Below are positions 47,718-56,262 of a stretch of 64,000 bases of DNA, piece by piece. Under the pieces are notes generated by a model, which worked only from the letters and a program-made list of their open reading frames with translations, searched no databases and had not been told where the DNA came from. Within the stretch, counting starts at the first letter, position 1. Every line of letters starts with the position of its first letter. Made by a program: the position numbers and the translations under genes. The DNA comes from Coprothermobacterota bacterium (lineage in GTDB: Bacteria; Coprothermobacterota; HKB111), in contig JBBIUB010000002.1 of assembly GCA_037440465.1 (NCBI GenBank), forward strand, positions 1-64,000, given 5' to 3'.

Positions 47718-48582
47718 AATTCCTCACAAAGCATAAGCTAAAATAAAATCCTGTTAGAAAGTCAGCACCAGACGAGTGACCTATTTTTATAACCTGGAGA
47801 ATACTTGTCTCCAGAGTAGTTATATCATATGTAAATAAATTATTCACCATAACTCTGACAAATCTTCCAGCTAATCCAGCATAGGCTTCTTCAAGGAAAT
47901 GGTAACTAATTTTATTAGTCAGATTTTTAGCTAACGTAAGGATAGTTTGGCTTAAAGAAGAAAATTCATAAAAAAATATATTAAAAGAAAGGCTAAAGAT
48001 ACGAAGTCCCAGGATAAAACCTGACAGAAAATCATCACCTGATGGAGTTAAGCCTTCTCCTAACCCCAGTAGCAAAGTTACTCCAGTTTTCTGTTGCTTT
48101 TTATCTAATTTAAAGAGGTGAACTAACCCAGATGATGCTTTTTTTAGTATATGAGAATTCTCTTCTTTTAGAAGTAGCGGTGTCAGGCCTCCAGGATAAG
48201 CATCTCTAAGAAGAATAAGCCTTATAAGTTCAAGGCCCTTTTCAAGATCTGAAAGAGGTTTTTCTTGAATATCAACTCTTGGATTATAAAAGGAATAATT
48301 ACTACATTCCAACTTTTCATAATTGGTAATCAAAAAACCATTCTCTCTGATGAAATGATCGCCAACCTTGTAATTTAAAAATGGTTTATCTTGAATTTCG
48401 CAGTTCAAAAGAAAACTTCGAGCACCGTCAGAGTAGTTTCTAGCTCTCACTTCCACTAATTTCTCATCCGAAGTCTCCAGATATAAAACACCTGGAAATA
48501 CACTGTAAACAGTTGAGTAACCACCAACAGGTAAAAGATCTAGTGCTTCCCGGCTAACTGATACTACTCTTTTCAGACTCAC
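47695..48582 (-). CDS. DUF2877 protein, YahE/YlbF(AllH)-like
   Basis: LLGLGEGLTPSGDDFLSG, GHSSGAD. Confidence 0.88.
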   Translation of the reverse strand: MSLKRVVSVSREALDLLPVGGYSTVYSVFPGVLYLETSDEKLVEVRARNYSDGARSFLLNCEIQDKPFLNYKVGDHFIRENGFLITNYEKLECSNYSFYNPRVDIQEKPLSDLEKGLELIRLILLRDAYPGGLTPLLLKEENSHILKKASSGLVHLFKLDKKQQKTGVTLLLGLGEGLTPSGDDFLSGFILGLRIFSLSFNIFFYEFSSLSQTILTLAKNLTNKISYHFLEEAYAGLAGRFVRVMVNNLFTYDITTLETSILQVIKIGHSSGADFLTGFYFSLCFVRNYVGRRNN

Positions 48583-49454
48583 TCAGGGTTCCTTCTTTTA
48601 TATGTAGGGAAAGGACTTTTCGCTGACTTAAGGATAAGTTTTCCATAAGCATCCAGATTACGGTCTTCAAGATGATTATAAACCATCGGTGCCTTAGAAC
48701 CATATGAAACATATCTCAAAGGATCAGGATCCAGTTCACAAGCAATGACATCCTCCCCTCCTCTTGCTTGAGCTAACTTTTGAGCAATAGGGTTTACTAT
48801 CATGCTGTGTCCGTAGTGATAATTACCTGAAGCATCAAGGCCTACTGCGTTTGTGGCTAATAAATATATGTGATTATCAAATGCCCTTGCTCTATTTGTA
48901 AGATCCCATATTTCAAAGCTTCTTAGAAATGCTGAGGGTCTTACTATTATTTCTGCTCCTTGCAAAGCCATAATTCTTGCAAGTTCTGGGAAATCACCAT
49001 CATAACAAATAATAATACCTATTTTTGCTAAGCGAGTATTAAAAACAGGTACCTGAAAGCCTGCTTTTACATTTTTTTCTGTTGGGAAAGGATGGGTTTT
49101 TCTGTAAGTACCAACTATTCTGCCATTATCATCAATTAAAACTGCAGAATTATAAACTTCCTCTTTGTTATGCCCTTTTTCATAAAAAGGAAGGACAATA
49201 TGCACTCGGAGACTTTTACACATATCACAAATTTCATCAGTTAGATTGCCAGGAATATCAGTAGCTAATTCGTAAAGCTCACTTATTCCAAGATCAGGAG
49301 CGAAAGAGGTTACTATAGTCTCAGGAAGTACTATTAAATCTGCATTAAATTCATCCTTCACTTTTCTAACAGAGCTCTTTATTTTGATTATGTTCTCTGT
49401 AATCCTAAGAGGCAATGAATTCATCTGTATACAGGCAGCTATAAATCTTTCCAT
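48579..49454 (-). CDS. Carbon-nitrogen hydrolase (nitrilase superfamily amidase)
   Basis: Catalytic triad LPE, YRKTH, ICYDGDFPE. Confidence 0.92.
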   Translation of the reverse strand: MERFIAACIQMNSLPLRITENIIKIKSSVRKVKDEFNADLIVLPETIVTSFAPDLGISELYELATDIPGNLTDEICDMCKSLRVHIVLPFYEKGHNKEEVYNSAVLIDDNGRIVGTYRKTHPFPTEKNVKAGFQVPVFNTRLAKIGIIICYDGDFPELARIMALQGAEIIVRPSAFLRSFEIWDLTNRARAFDNHIYLLATNAVGLDASGNYHYGHSMIVNPIAQKLAQARGGEDVIACELDPDPLRYVSYGSKAPMVYNHLEDRNLDAYGKLILKSAKSPFPTYKRRNPE

Positions 49455-50638
49455 CCTACTACCCCCTTCTCTTTGAGTTCACTTAAGTATTCATCATCAA
49501 AACCCAAAAGATTAGATAGAGCTTCACGAGTATGCTGACCAAGATAAGGAGCTGGCATCCGGGGACCAGTCTGAGTTTGAGAAAGCTTGAAGGGAGACCC
49601 AACAGTTTTATAAGGTCCCACTAATGAATGTTCCATTTCTACTATCATCTGACGAGAAATCACCTGTTGGTCTTTAACAACTTCCTTTATAGTATTTATA
49701 GGACCGTACGGTATACCATTTTTCTCAAAAATGTTACTCCATTCCTTATATGTCTTTTTCTGGAAAACCTTCTCCAATTCCGGAATTAAAATGTGTTTAT
49801 TCAATGTACGTTGGTAGTTATTGGAGAATAAAAGGTTCTTTGTCAGATCTTCTCTCCCAATTACCTGGCAGAATTCCAGCCAGAGTTTTTCGCTCCCAAG
49901 AGGAAGTATTATGTAATTGTCTTTTGTCTTAAAGGCTTGAAAAGGGGTTATAGAAGGATGAGAGGTTCCTAAAGGTTCTGGTACTACACCTTCAATATAA
50001 TATCTGGTTATAGCATTCTCTAAAAGATACACCATTCCATCCAGCATGCCATAATCTAACCTTTGTCCCAAACCTGTTTTTTCTTTATAATAAAGTGCGC
50101 CCAGGATTCCTATGGCTGCATGGTGACCTGCGATTAAATCACCAATGGAGATACCTACCCTTACTGGTTGACCGTTAGGTTCTCCTGTAATACTCATTAA
50201 ACCACTTGTTCCTTGTACAACCATGTCATATGAAGGTTTATCCTTATAGGGTCCCGTATGACCAAAACCTGAAATAGAAGCATAAATAATCCTGGGATTT
50301 TCCTTTCTTATTTCCTCATAGCCAAGACCTAATTTTTCTAAAGTGCCAGGACGGAAGTTCTCAACAATCACATCAGATATACGGCTTAATCTCTTTACTA
50401 TATTAACTCCTATAACTGTTTTAATGTTTACTACAACACTTTTTTTATTACGATTAATGCTCATAAAATAAGCACTTTCATCTTTAATAAAAGGACCGTA
50501 GGTGCGAGCACCATCTCCTCCTGGTGGTTCAATCTTAATAACTTCTGCTCCCATATCACCGAGAATCATCGTACAGAATGGACCTGCCAGGATATGACTT
50601 AAATCAAGTATTCTCAAGCCATACAGGGTTCCAGTCAT
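49439..50638 (-). CDS. Class III CoA-transferase (CaiB/BaiF/Frc family)
   Basis: LAGP, NRNKKS, ENFRPG, GD catalytic Asp (IGDLIAG), APYLGQHT. Confidence 0.93.
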   Translation of the reverse strand: MTGTLYGLRILDLSHILAGPFCTMILGDMGAEVIKIEPPGGDGARTYGPFIKDESAYFMSINRNKKSVVVNIKTVIGVNIVKRLSRISDVIVENFRPGTLEKLGLGYEEIRKENPRIIYASISGFGHTGPYKDKPSYDMVVQGTSGLMSITGEPNGQPVRVGISIGDLIAGHHAAIGILGALYYKEKTGLGQRLDYGMLDGMVYLLENAITRYYIEGVVPEPLGTSHPSITPFQAFKTKDNYIILPLGSEKLWLEFCQVIGREDLTKNLLFSNNYQRTLNKHILIPELEKVFQKKTYKEWSNIFEKNGIPYGPINTIKEVVKDQQVISRQMIVEMEHSLVGPYKTVGSPFKLSQTQTGPRMPAPYLGQHTREALSNLLGFDDEYLSELKEKGVVGWKDL

Positions 50639-50896
50639 TAATTACCTCCATTCAAAATAATTATATAATAACAAAGGTTGATATAAATAAATCGTTAAAA
50701 TCGTTAAATTAGAAAGTAAGAATATACTCATACTATCATAAAATAATAATCAACTATTATTTTTATTGGAATATTCAAAGTTATTTTAACAGGATATAAA
50801 AAATCTTCTAACGATGTTCCCACTATTTACCTTTCAACAAGATAATAATATGCTAAAATTCATTTGAGTAAATCATAAACAAGGAAGGTATATCCA

Positions 50897-53302
50897 GTGA
50901 GAAAACTTAAATTCTTTGAAGTAACTTGTAGGAGCAACCCGAAAGACTTTGATTTCAAAACAACAAAAGAAGTCAGTCCTCTTGAAGGAACAATTGGACA
51001 GGATAGAGCTCTTAATTCTATAGAAATCGCCCTTAACATGAAAACTAAAGGGTTTAACATTTACTTAGCTGGGCCAAGAGGGATTGGTAAGACTTTTACT
51101 ATAAAAGCATTTCTTTCTGAAAAAGCAGCAAAAGAGACAATTCCTGAAGATATTATTTATGTTTATAACTTCAAAAAAACTGATAGCCCAAGACCTATTA
51201 TACTTAAAACGGGTAAGGGAAAAGTCCTAGCTAAAGCTATGGAAAGTTTCTCAAAAGAGTTGAAAGACAAAATGCCTCAGTTGTTTGAAGGCGAGGAATA
51301 CGACCGTAAACGACTTGAAATTATTTCTAAAGCCCAGAAAGAAAAAGATGAAACCCTCCACCAAGCACAAAATATAGCTCGAACAGAGGGATTCTTACTC
51401 CAAATGAATCAACAGGGTGTATTCATCGTTCCAACTAAAAACGGAACACCACTTTCTGCAGATATTTTTCAGTCTCTTCCAGATGATGAAAAAAAAGTCT
51501 GGGAAGATAAATACAAAATAATTAACGAAGAGGTAGGTAAAGTTATAAGAACTATCAAGAAAATAGATAAAGAACTTTCTGAAAAACTCCAGCAACTGGA
51601 TGCAGATGTTCTAAAAATTACTCTTAACCATCTCCTTTTAGAAATTAGAACAGAATTCTCCTCAGAAAAAGATGTCCTTGCTTACTTACTTGAAGTAGAA
51701 GAAAATATATTAAACAATATAATTGAATTAAAAACCCAGAAAGATACAACAATACCCTCTCCTACATCATTTCTTTTACCTGCAACTGACCCTTATTCCC
51801 GTTACCAGATTAATTTAGTAGTAGACAATTCATACTCCCAGGGAGCCCCGGTAATTTTCGAAAACAATCCTACATATTACAATTTAATTGGAAGAATTGA
51901 GTTCAAATCAAATTTTGGTGTGGCAACTACAAGCTTTGACCTCATTAAAGCAGGCTCTTTATTAAAAGCCAATGGTGGATACCTGGTAATCCAGGCTTCA
52001 GATGTCTTGAGAAATCCTTTCTCATGGGAAGCTCTTAAAAAATCTTTGAATAACGAAGAGTTAATAATTGAAAATATTGGAGAACAGTTAAGGATAGACC
52101 CTGTAGTTACTCTCAAACCTGAACCTATTCCCTTAAAGGTAGAAGTAATATTAATGGGAAGTCTACAGCTATATTATTTACTCTATTATTATGATGAAGA
52201 CTTCAAGAAGCTCTTCAAGATAAGAGCTGATTTTGACACTGAGATGGTAAGAAATACAGAACATATAAAAAAGTACGCTTCCTTTATAAGAGCAAGGGTT
52301 GACGAAGAGAATTTAAATCATTTTGATAAAAATGCCGTAGCTGTTATAGTTGATTATGGTTCTCGTCTTGCAGAAAATCAGGAAAAGCTTTCAACAAAAT
52401 TCAGTGAAATAGCAGATATCATATCCGAAGCTAATTATTGGGCTTCCAGGGAAGGTAGTAAAATCATAAAAAAACAACATGTTGAGAAAGCAATGGAGGA
52501 AAAAATATATCGTTCCAACCTCATTGAGATGAAAATCCAGGAATTCATCGAAAATGGTACTATCCTATTGGATACTACAGGAGCAAAAGTTGGACAGGTT
52601 AATGGAATTTCTATTTTAACTTTTGGTGACTACTCTTTTGGAAAACCAACACGAATAACTGCATCAGTATCTTTAGGTTCTCGTGGAATAGTTAATATTG
52701 AACGAGAAGTAGAAATGAGTGGTAGACTCCACAGTAAAGGTGTCATGATTGTTTCAGGTTATCTAAGGGAACTGTTTGCCAAGGAAAAGCCTTTATCTCT
52801 AACTGCTACTCTTGTTTTTGAGCAACTATACGAAGAGATAGAAGGAGATAGCGCCTCCAGTGCTGAACTTTATGCTCTTCTTTCAGCTATATCAGGTATC
52901 CCATTAAAGCAAAATTTAGCTGTAACTGGCTCTGTTAACCAAAAAGGAGAGATTCAACCTATAGGTGGAGTAACCAAAAAAATAGAAGGCTTCTTTGATG
53001 CTTGTAAAGTTAAAGGTTTAACCGGTGATCAAGGTGTAATCATACCCCATCAGAACATCAAAAACCTGGTCCTAAAAGAAGAAGTTGTCAATCTTATTAA
53101 AAAAAGCCAATTTCACATCTATTCGATAAAAAATATTAATGAAGGTATTGAGTTATTAACAGACGTTAGAGCAGGAGAGAAAGATACTAACGGAAACTAT
53201 CCAGAAGGAACAGTTTACCATTTAATCAATAAAAATCTTACTAAAATGGCAGATCTTCTTAAAGGGCGCGAAGAAAAGGAAAAAACACCCGATAATCAGT
53301 AA
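50897..53302 (+). CDS. Lon-like AAA protease (LonB/LonC-type, S16)
   Basis: IGQDRA, GPRGIGKT, ANGGYL, EGDSAS (Ser), GGVTKK (Lys). Confidence 0.9.
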   Translation: MRKLKFFEVTCRSNPKDFDFKTTKEVSPLEGTIGQDRALNSIEIALNMKTKGFNIYLAGPRGIGKTFTIKAFLSEKAAKETIPEDIIYVYNFKKTDSPRPIILKTGKGKVLAKAMESFSKELKDKMPQLFEGEEYDRKRLEIISKAQKEKDETLHQAQNIARTEGFLLQMNQQGVFIVPTKNGTPLSADIFQSLPDDEKKVWEDKYKIINEEVGKVIRTIKKIDKELSEKLQQLDADVLKITLNHLLLEIRTEFSSEKDVLAYLLEVEENILNNIIELKTQKDTTIPSPTSFLLPATDPYSRYQINLVVDNSYSQGAPVIFENNPTYYNLIGRIEFKSNFGVATTSFDLIKAGSLLKANGGYLVIQASDVLRNPFSWEALKKSLNNEELIIENIGEQLRIDPVVTLKPEPIPLKVEVILMGSLQLYYLLYYYDEDFKKLFKIRADFDTEMVRNTEHIKKYASFIRARVDEENLNHFDKNAVAVIVDYGSRLAENQEKLSTKFSEIADIISEANYWASREGSKIIKKQHVEKAMEEKIYRSNLIEMKIQEFIENGTILLDTTGAKVGQVNGISILTFGDYSFGKPTRITASVSLGSRGIVNIEREVEMSGRLHSKGVMIVSGYLRELFAKEKPLSLTATLVFEQLYEEIEGDSASSAELYALLSAISGIPLKQNLAVTGSVNQKGEIQPIGGVTKKIEGFFDACKVKGLTGDQGVIIPHQNIKNLVLKEEVVNLIKKSQFHIYSIKNINEGIELLTDVRAGEKDTNGNYPEGTVYHLINKNLTKMADLLKGREEKEKTPDNQ

Positions 53303-54459
53303 CGCCAGAAAGCACCTATGCCTCCATAAGTCATTAATACCTCTGAAGCTTCTCCTCCCAATATCTCCAGTTTAATTTTGTGTTTTCTAATTAAAAGGGG
53401 CAAAAAAGTTTTTATTGACCCCCTTGCAAAAACCTCAGAACCACAAAAAGAACAAGGACCTGATTTATCTTTCTCAAGGTTAAAACATAATTTGCACTCT
53501 CGTAAACTAACTTTTATCTGCCTTGAAATAATTACCGTGTCAGCCTTCCCATCTTTTAGTGTTTTTAGAGAAGAATCCAAGCCTACACCGGCTAAATTAC
53601 CAGTAGCAGATCTTTCTAGAAGTAGTTCCACTATTTTTTTCTCTCTCTCCCTCTCGTACTCCCAGAATACAGCTAATGAAGTATCAAGCACTTCTTTAGG
53701 TGGAGCGTAAAGAGGTATTGCTACTCTACCAACAACCATTACCTCTTTATTTTTACTAAGCAGTTTAAGATATCTATCTTGAATAATTTCAGACCCACCA
53801 AGAACTATTTCATTTATATTGTAATTTTTCTTTAACTGACTAAAAAATGATGTTGTCTCTTTATAAAATCTCTGAGTATTTGCTTCTACCCTATCAACAA
53901 AAGCTTCAACTCTATCTCCACCTCCCATTGCTCCTCTTGTAATACCATCCCTGGGAGAAGAAGGAGGCATCAGACGTTGCTTGCGCCAATCAGTTGTCTC
54001 TAAGCCTAAATCAAAAGATTTGATCATTTCAACTCTATTAAGCTGTATTCTAAGGAACTCTACCTTTGTGGCATCCACAAATATCACACCATAAGGACGA
54101 TATTCTTCCAAAAGCCATATAATCTGACCAATACTGGGTTTCCCAAAAGATACTTCTTTTTCTACACCAACTTGCAAGGTTATTACTTCTTTGAGAACTT
54201 CTCCTACAAATATAATAGCTGACTTTTCTTTAAAAAGAGTGCCTTCAACTATTAATTGGGCTTTCTCTTCGACTTTTTCAAAGTAAGGAAGGTCATCTCT
54301 GGATATTTTTTTCTTCAAATCCTTTAATGCTCCCTTCAGCCATATTTGTGATGCAGTTCTTCCTCCATCAGATACAGAGGAGTCGGTATTTAGGTAAATA
54401 GTTAAAACCTTGTCTTCACTGGAATTTAAGAGTTCCTCTAACTTTGAAGTTTCTATCAT
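53296..54459 (-). CDS. Bacterial archaeo-eukaryotic release factor (baeRF/VLRF1-like) protein
   Basis: LTIYL N-domain, RNase H-like middle domain, eRF1 C-domain with CxxC..CxxC, C-terminal GGIGAFWRY; start set after GAGGTGAGG. Confidence 0.75.
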   Translation of the reverse strand: MIETSKLEELLNSSEDKVLTIYLNTDSSVSDGGRTASQIWLKGALKDLKKKISRDDLPYFEKVEEKAQLIVEGTLFKEKSAIIFVGEVLKEVITLQVGVEKEVSFGKPSIGQIIWLLEEYRPYGVIFVDATKVEFLRIQLNRVEMIKSFDLGLETTDWRKQRLMPPSSPRDGITRGAMGGGDRVEAFVDRVEANTQRFYKETTSFFSQLKKNYNINEIVLGGSEIIQDRYLKLLSKNKEVMVVGRVAIPLYAPPKEVLDTSLAVFWEYEREREKKIVELLLERSATGNLAGVGLDSSLKTLKDGKADTVIISRQIKVSLRECKLCFNLEKDKSGPCSFCGSEVFARGSIKTFLPLLIRKHKIKLEILGGEASEVLMTYGGIGAFWRY

Positions 54460-54521
54460 GGTCCTCACCTCGCAGTTCTTTTTATTAGCATACCACATTA
54501 TAAATGTATAATATTTATACT

Positions 54522-56261
54522 ATGAAAACGTTATCAGGTTTTCTTAAAGAGCATTTGCGAGAATTCTTTTTTGGAATTCTTTTTCTAATAGCAGTAGACC
54601 TTGTGCAACTCTTAATACCTCAGGTTCTAAGAAGAGCCACAGATGAACTAAGATCAATGTCCATAACCACAGCAACTCTTCTCAGGTATGCCATGTTATT
54701 AGCGATTCTGGCAATAGTTATGGTTATTTTACGTTTTGCCTGGAGAAATTTAATTTGGGGTACCTCCAGAAAAATAGAAAAAAAATTGAGAGAGCAATAT
54801 TTTCAAAAATTACAAACTATGGATATGAAATATTTTAACTATCATAAAATTGGCGACTTGATGGCTTTAGCAACTAATGACATCAATGCTGTCAGGATGA
54901 GCCTTGGTGAAGGATTGCTTCTCATCACTGACGCTATTTTTATGATCTCTCTCGGTGCTTATTTTTTGGCAGGAATCAATAGTAAACTATTTATCAGCGT
55001 CTTTCTTCCTCTTCCATTAATAACAATAACAGTACTATTTTTTGGGAAGGCAATACACGAACGATTCAAAAGGGCTCAAGAAGGCTTTGCTCAGCTAACT
55101 TCAAGGGTGCAAGAATCAATAACAGGTATAAGAGTGGTAAAAGCCTACGGACAAGAAGAAGGAGAAATAGATAATTTCAAAGAAACAGCAGGCGACCTTG
55201 TTAATAGAAATATGGAGCTTGCAAGGATTGGAGGCATTTTCACCCCTCTGGTTCAATATCTCTCTTCGCTTTGTTTATTTATAACTTTAATCTATGGAGG
55301 AAGATTAACTATCCTCGGAGAGATCACTTTGGGTGATTTTATAGCCTTCCATGCCTATCTTGGTCTTTTAACCTGGCCTATGATGGCTATGGGTTGGGTA
55401 GTTAACATCCTGCAAAGAGGAAAAGCTTCTCTTCAAAGACTAAACGAAGTATTTACCGAAATCCCTTATATTAAAGATAAAGAAGATGCAGTAAAAATGA
55501 TTGGACCAATCAAAGGGGATTTAGAATTTCATAATGTGACTTTTAGATACCCTGAGAGAGACAAACCAGCCTTATTAAATATCTCATTTAAACTAAAGGC
55601 AGGCGATATTCTGGGGGTTGTTGGTAAGCTTGGTAGTGGAAAAACCACTCTTTTAAACCTTATTCCTCGACTTTACGATATAGAACAAGGAGAAATCTTT
55701 TTAGATGGTATAGAACTAAGAAAAATAGCTTTACAAAGCCTTAGAAAGATAGTAAGTTTTATACCACAAGAAAGCTTCCTCTTCTCAGATAGTATTCGAG
55801 AGAATATATGCTTTTCAGATCCTTATGGAAGCAAAGAAAAGGCCATAGAATTAATTAAAACAGTTCATATTTATGAAGAAATCTCAAACATGCCACAGGG
55901 TATAGATACAATAGTGGGAGAAAGAGGAATAACCCTCTCAGGTGGACAGAAACAGAGGGTGGCTATTGCCCGAGCTCTTTATAGTGAACCTAAAATATTA
56001 ATCTTTGACGATGCCTTTTCTTCTCTTGACTACCACACAGAAGAAGAGATTATCAAAGAGATGATTAAGTTAAAATACACTGCCATCATCTCTTCTCACC
56101 GATTATCCTGCCTTAAGTATGCCAGGGAAATAATTGTTCTGGATGAAGGTGAAATAATTGAACAAGGAAATCACGAAGAACTAATATCAAATGATGGGTT
56201 TTATGCACATCTCTACCGTTTACAGCAACTGGAGTTGGAAGAATCTCCAGAAGAGGTTTGA
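54522..56261 (+). CDS. ABC exporter permease+ATPase (heterodimer subunit A, MdlA-like)
   Basis: 6-TM domain, GKLGSGKT, LSGGQKQR, degenerate Walker B FDD; start uncertain. Confidence 0.9.
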   Translation: MKTLSGFLKEHLREFFFGILFLIAVDLVQLLIPQVLRRATDELRSMSITTATLLRYAMLLAILAIVMVILRFAWRNLIWGTSRKIEKKLREQYFQKLQTMDMKYFNYHKIGDLMALATNDINAVRMSLGEGLLLITDAIFMISLGAYFLAGINSKLFISVFLPLPLITITVLFFGKAIHERFKRAQEGFAQLTSRVQESITGIRVVKAYGQEEGEIDNFKETAGDLVNRNMELARIGGIFTPLVQYLSSLCLFITLIYGGRLTILGEITLGDFIAFHAYLGLLTWPMMAMGWVVNILQRGKASLQRLNEVFTEIPYIKDKEDAVKMIGPIKGDLEFHNVTFRYPERDKPALLNISFKLKAGDILGVVGKLGSGKTTLLNLIPRLYDIEQGEIFLDGIELRKIALQSLRKIVSFIPQESFLFSDSIRENICFSDPYGSKEKAIELIKTVHIYEEISNMPQGIDTIVGERGITLSGGQKQRVAIARALYSEPKILIFDDAFSSLDYHTEEEIIKEMIKLKYTAIISSHRLSCLKYAREIIVLDEGEIIEQGNHEELISNDGFYAHLYRLQQLELEESPEEV

Positions 56262-56262
56262 C

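Noticed and set aside
284..49932. Many short + strand ORFs opposite long minus-strand genes
   Set aside because: Antisense shadows of well-supported genes, with no recognisable motifs.
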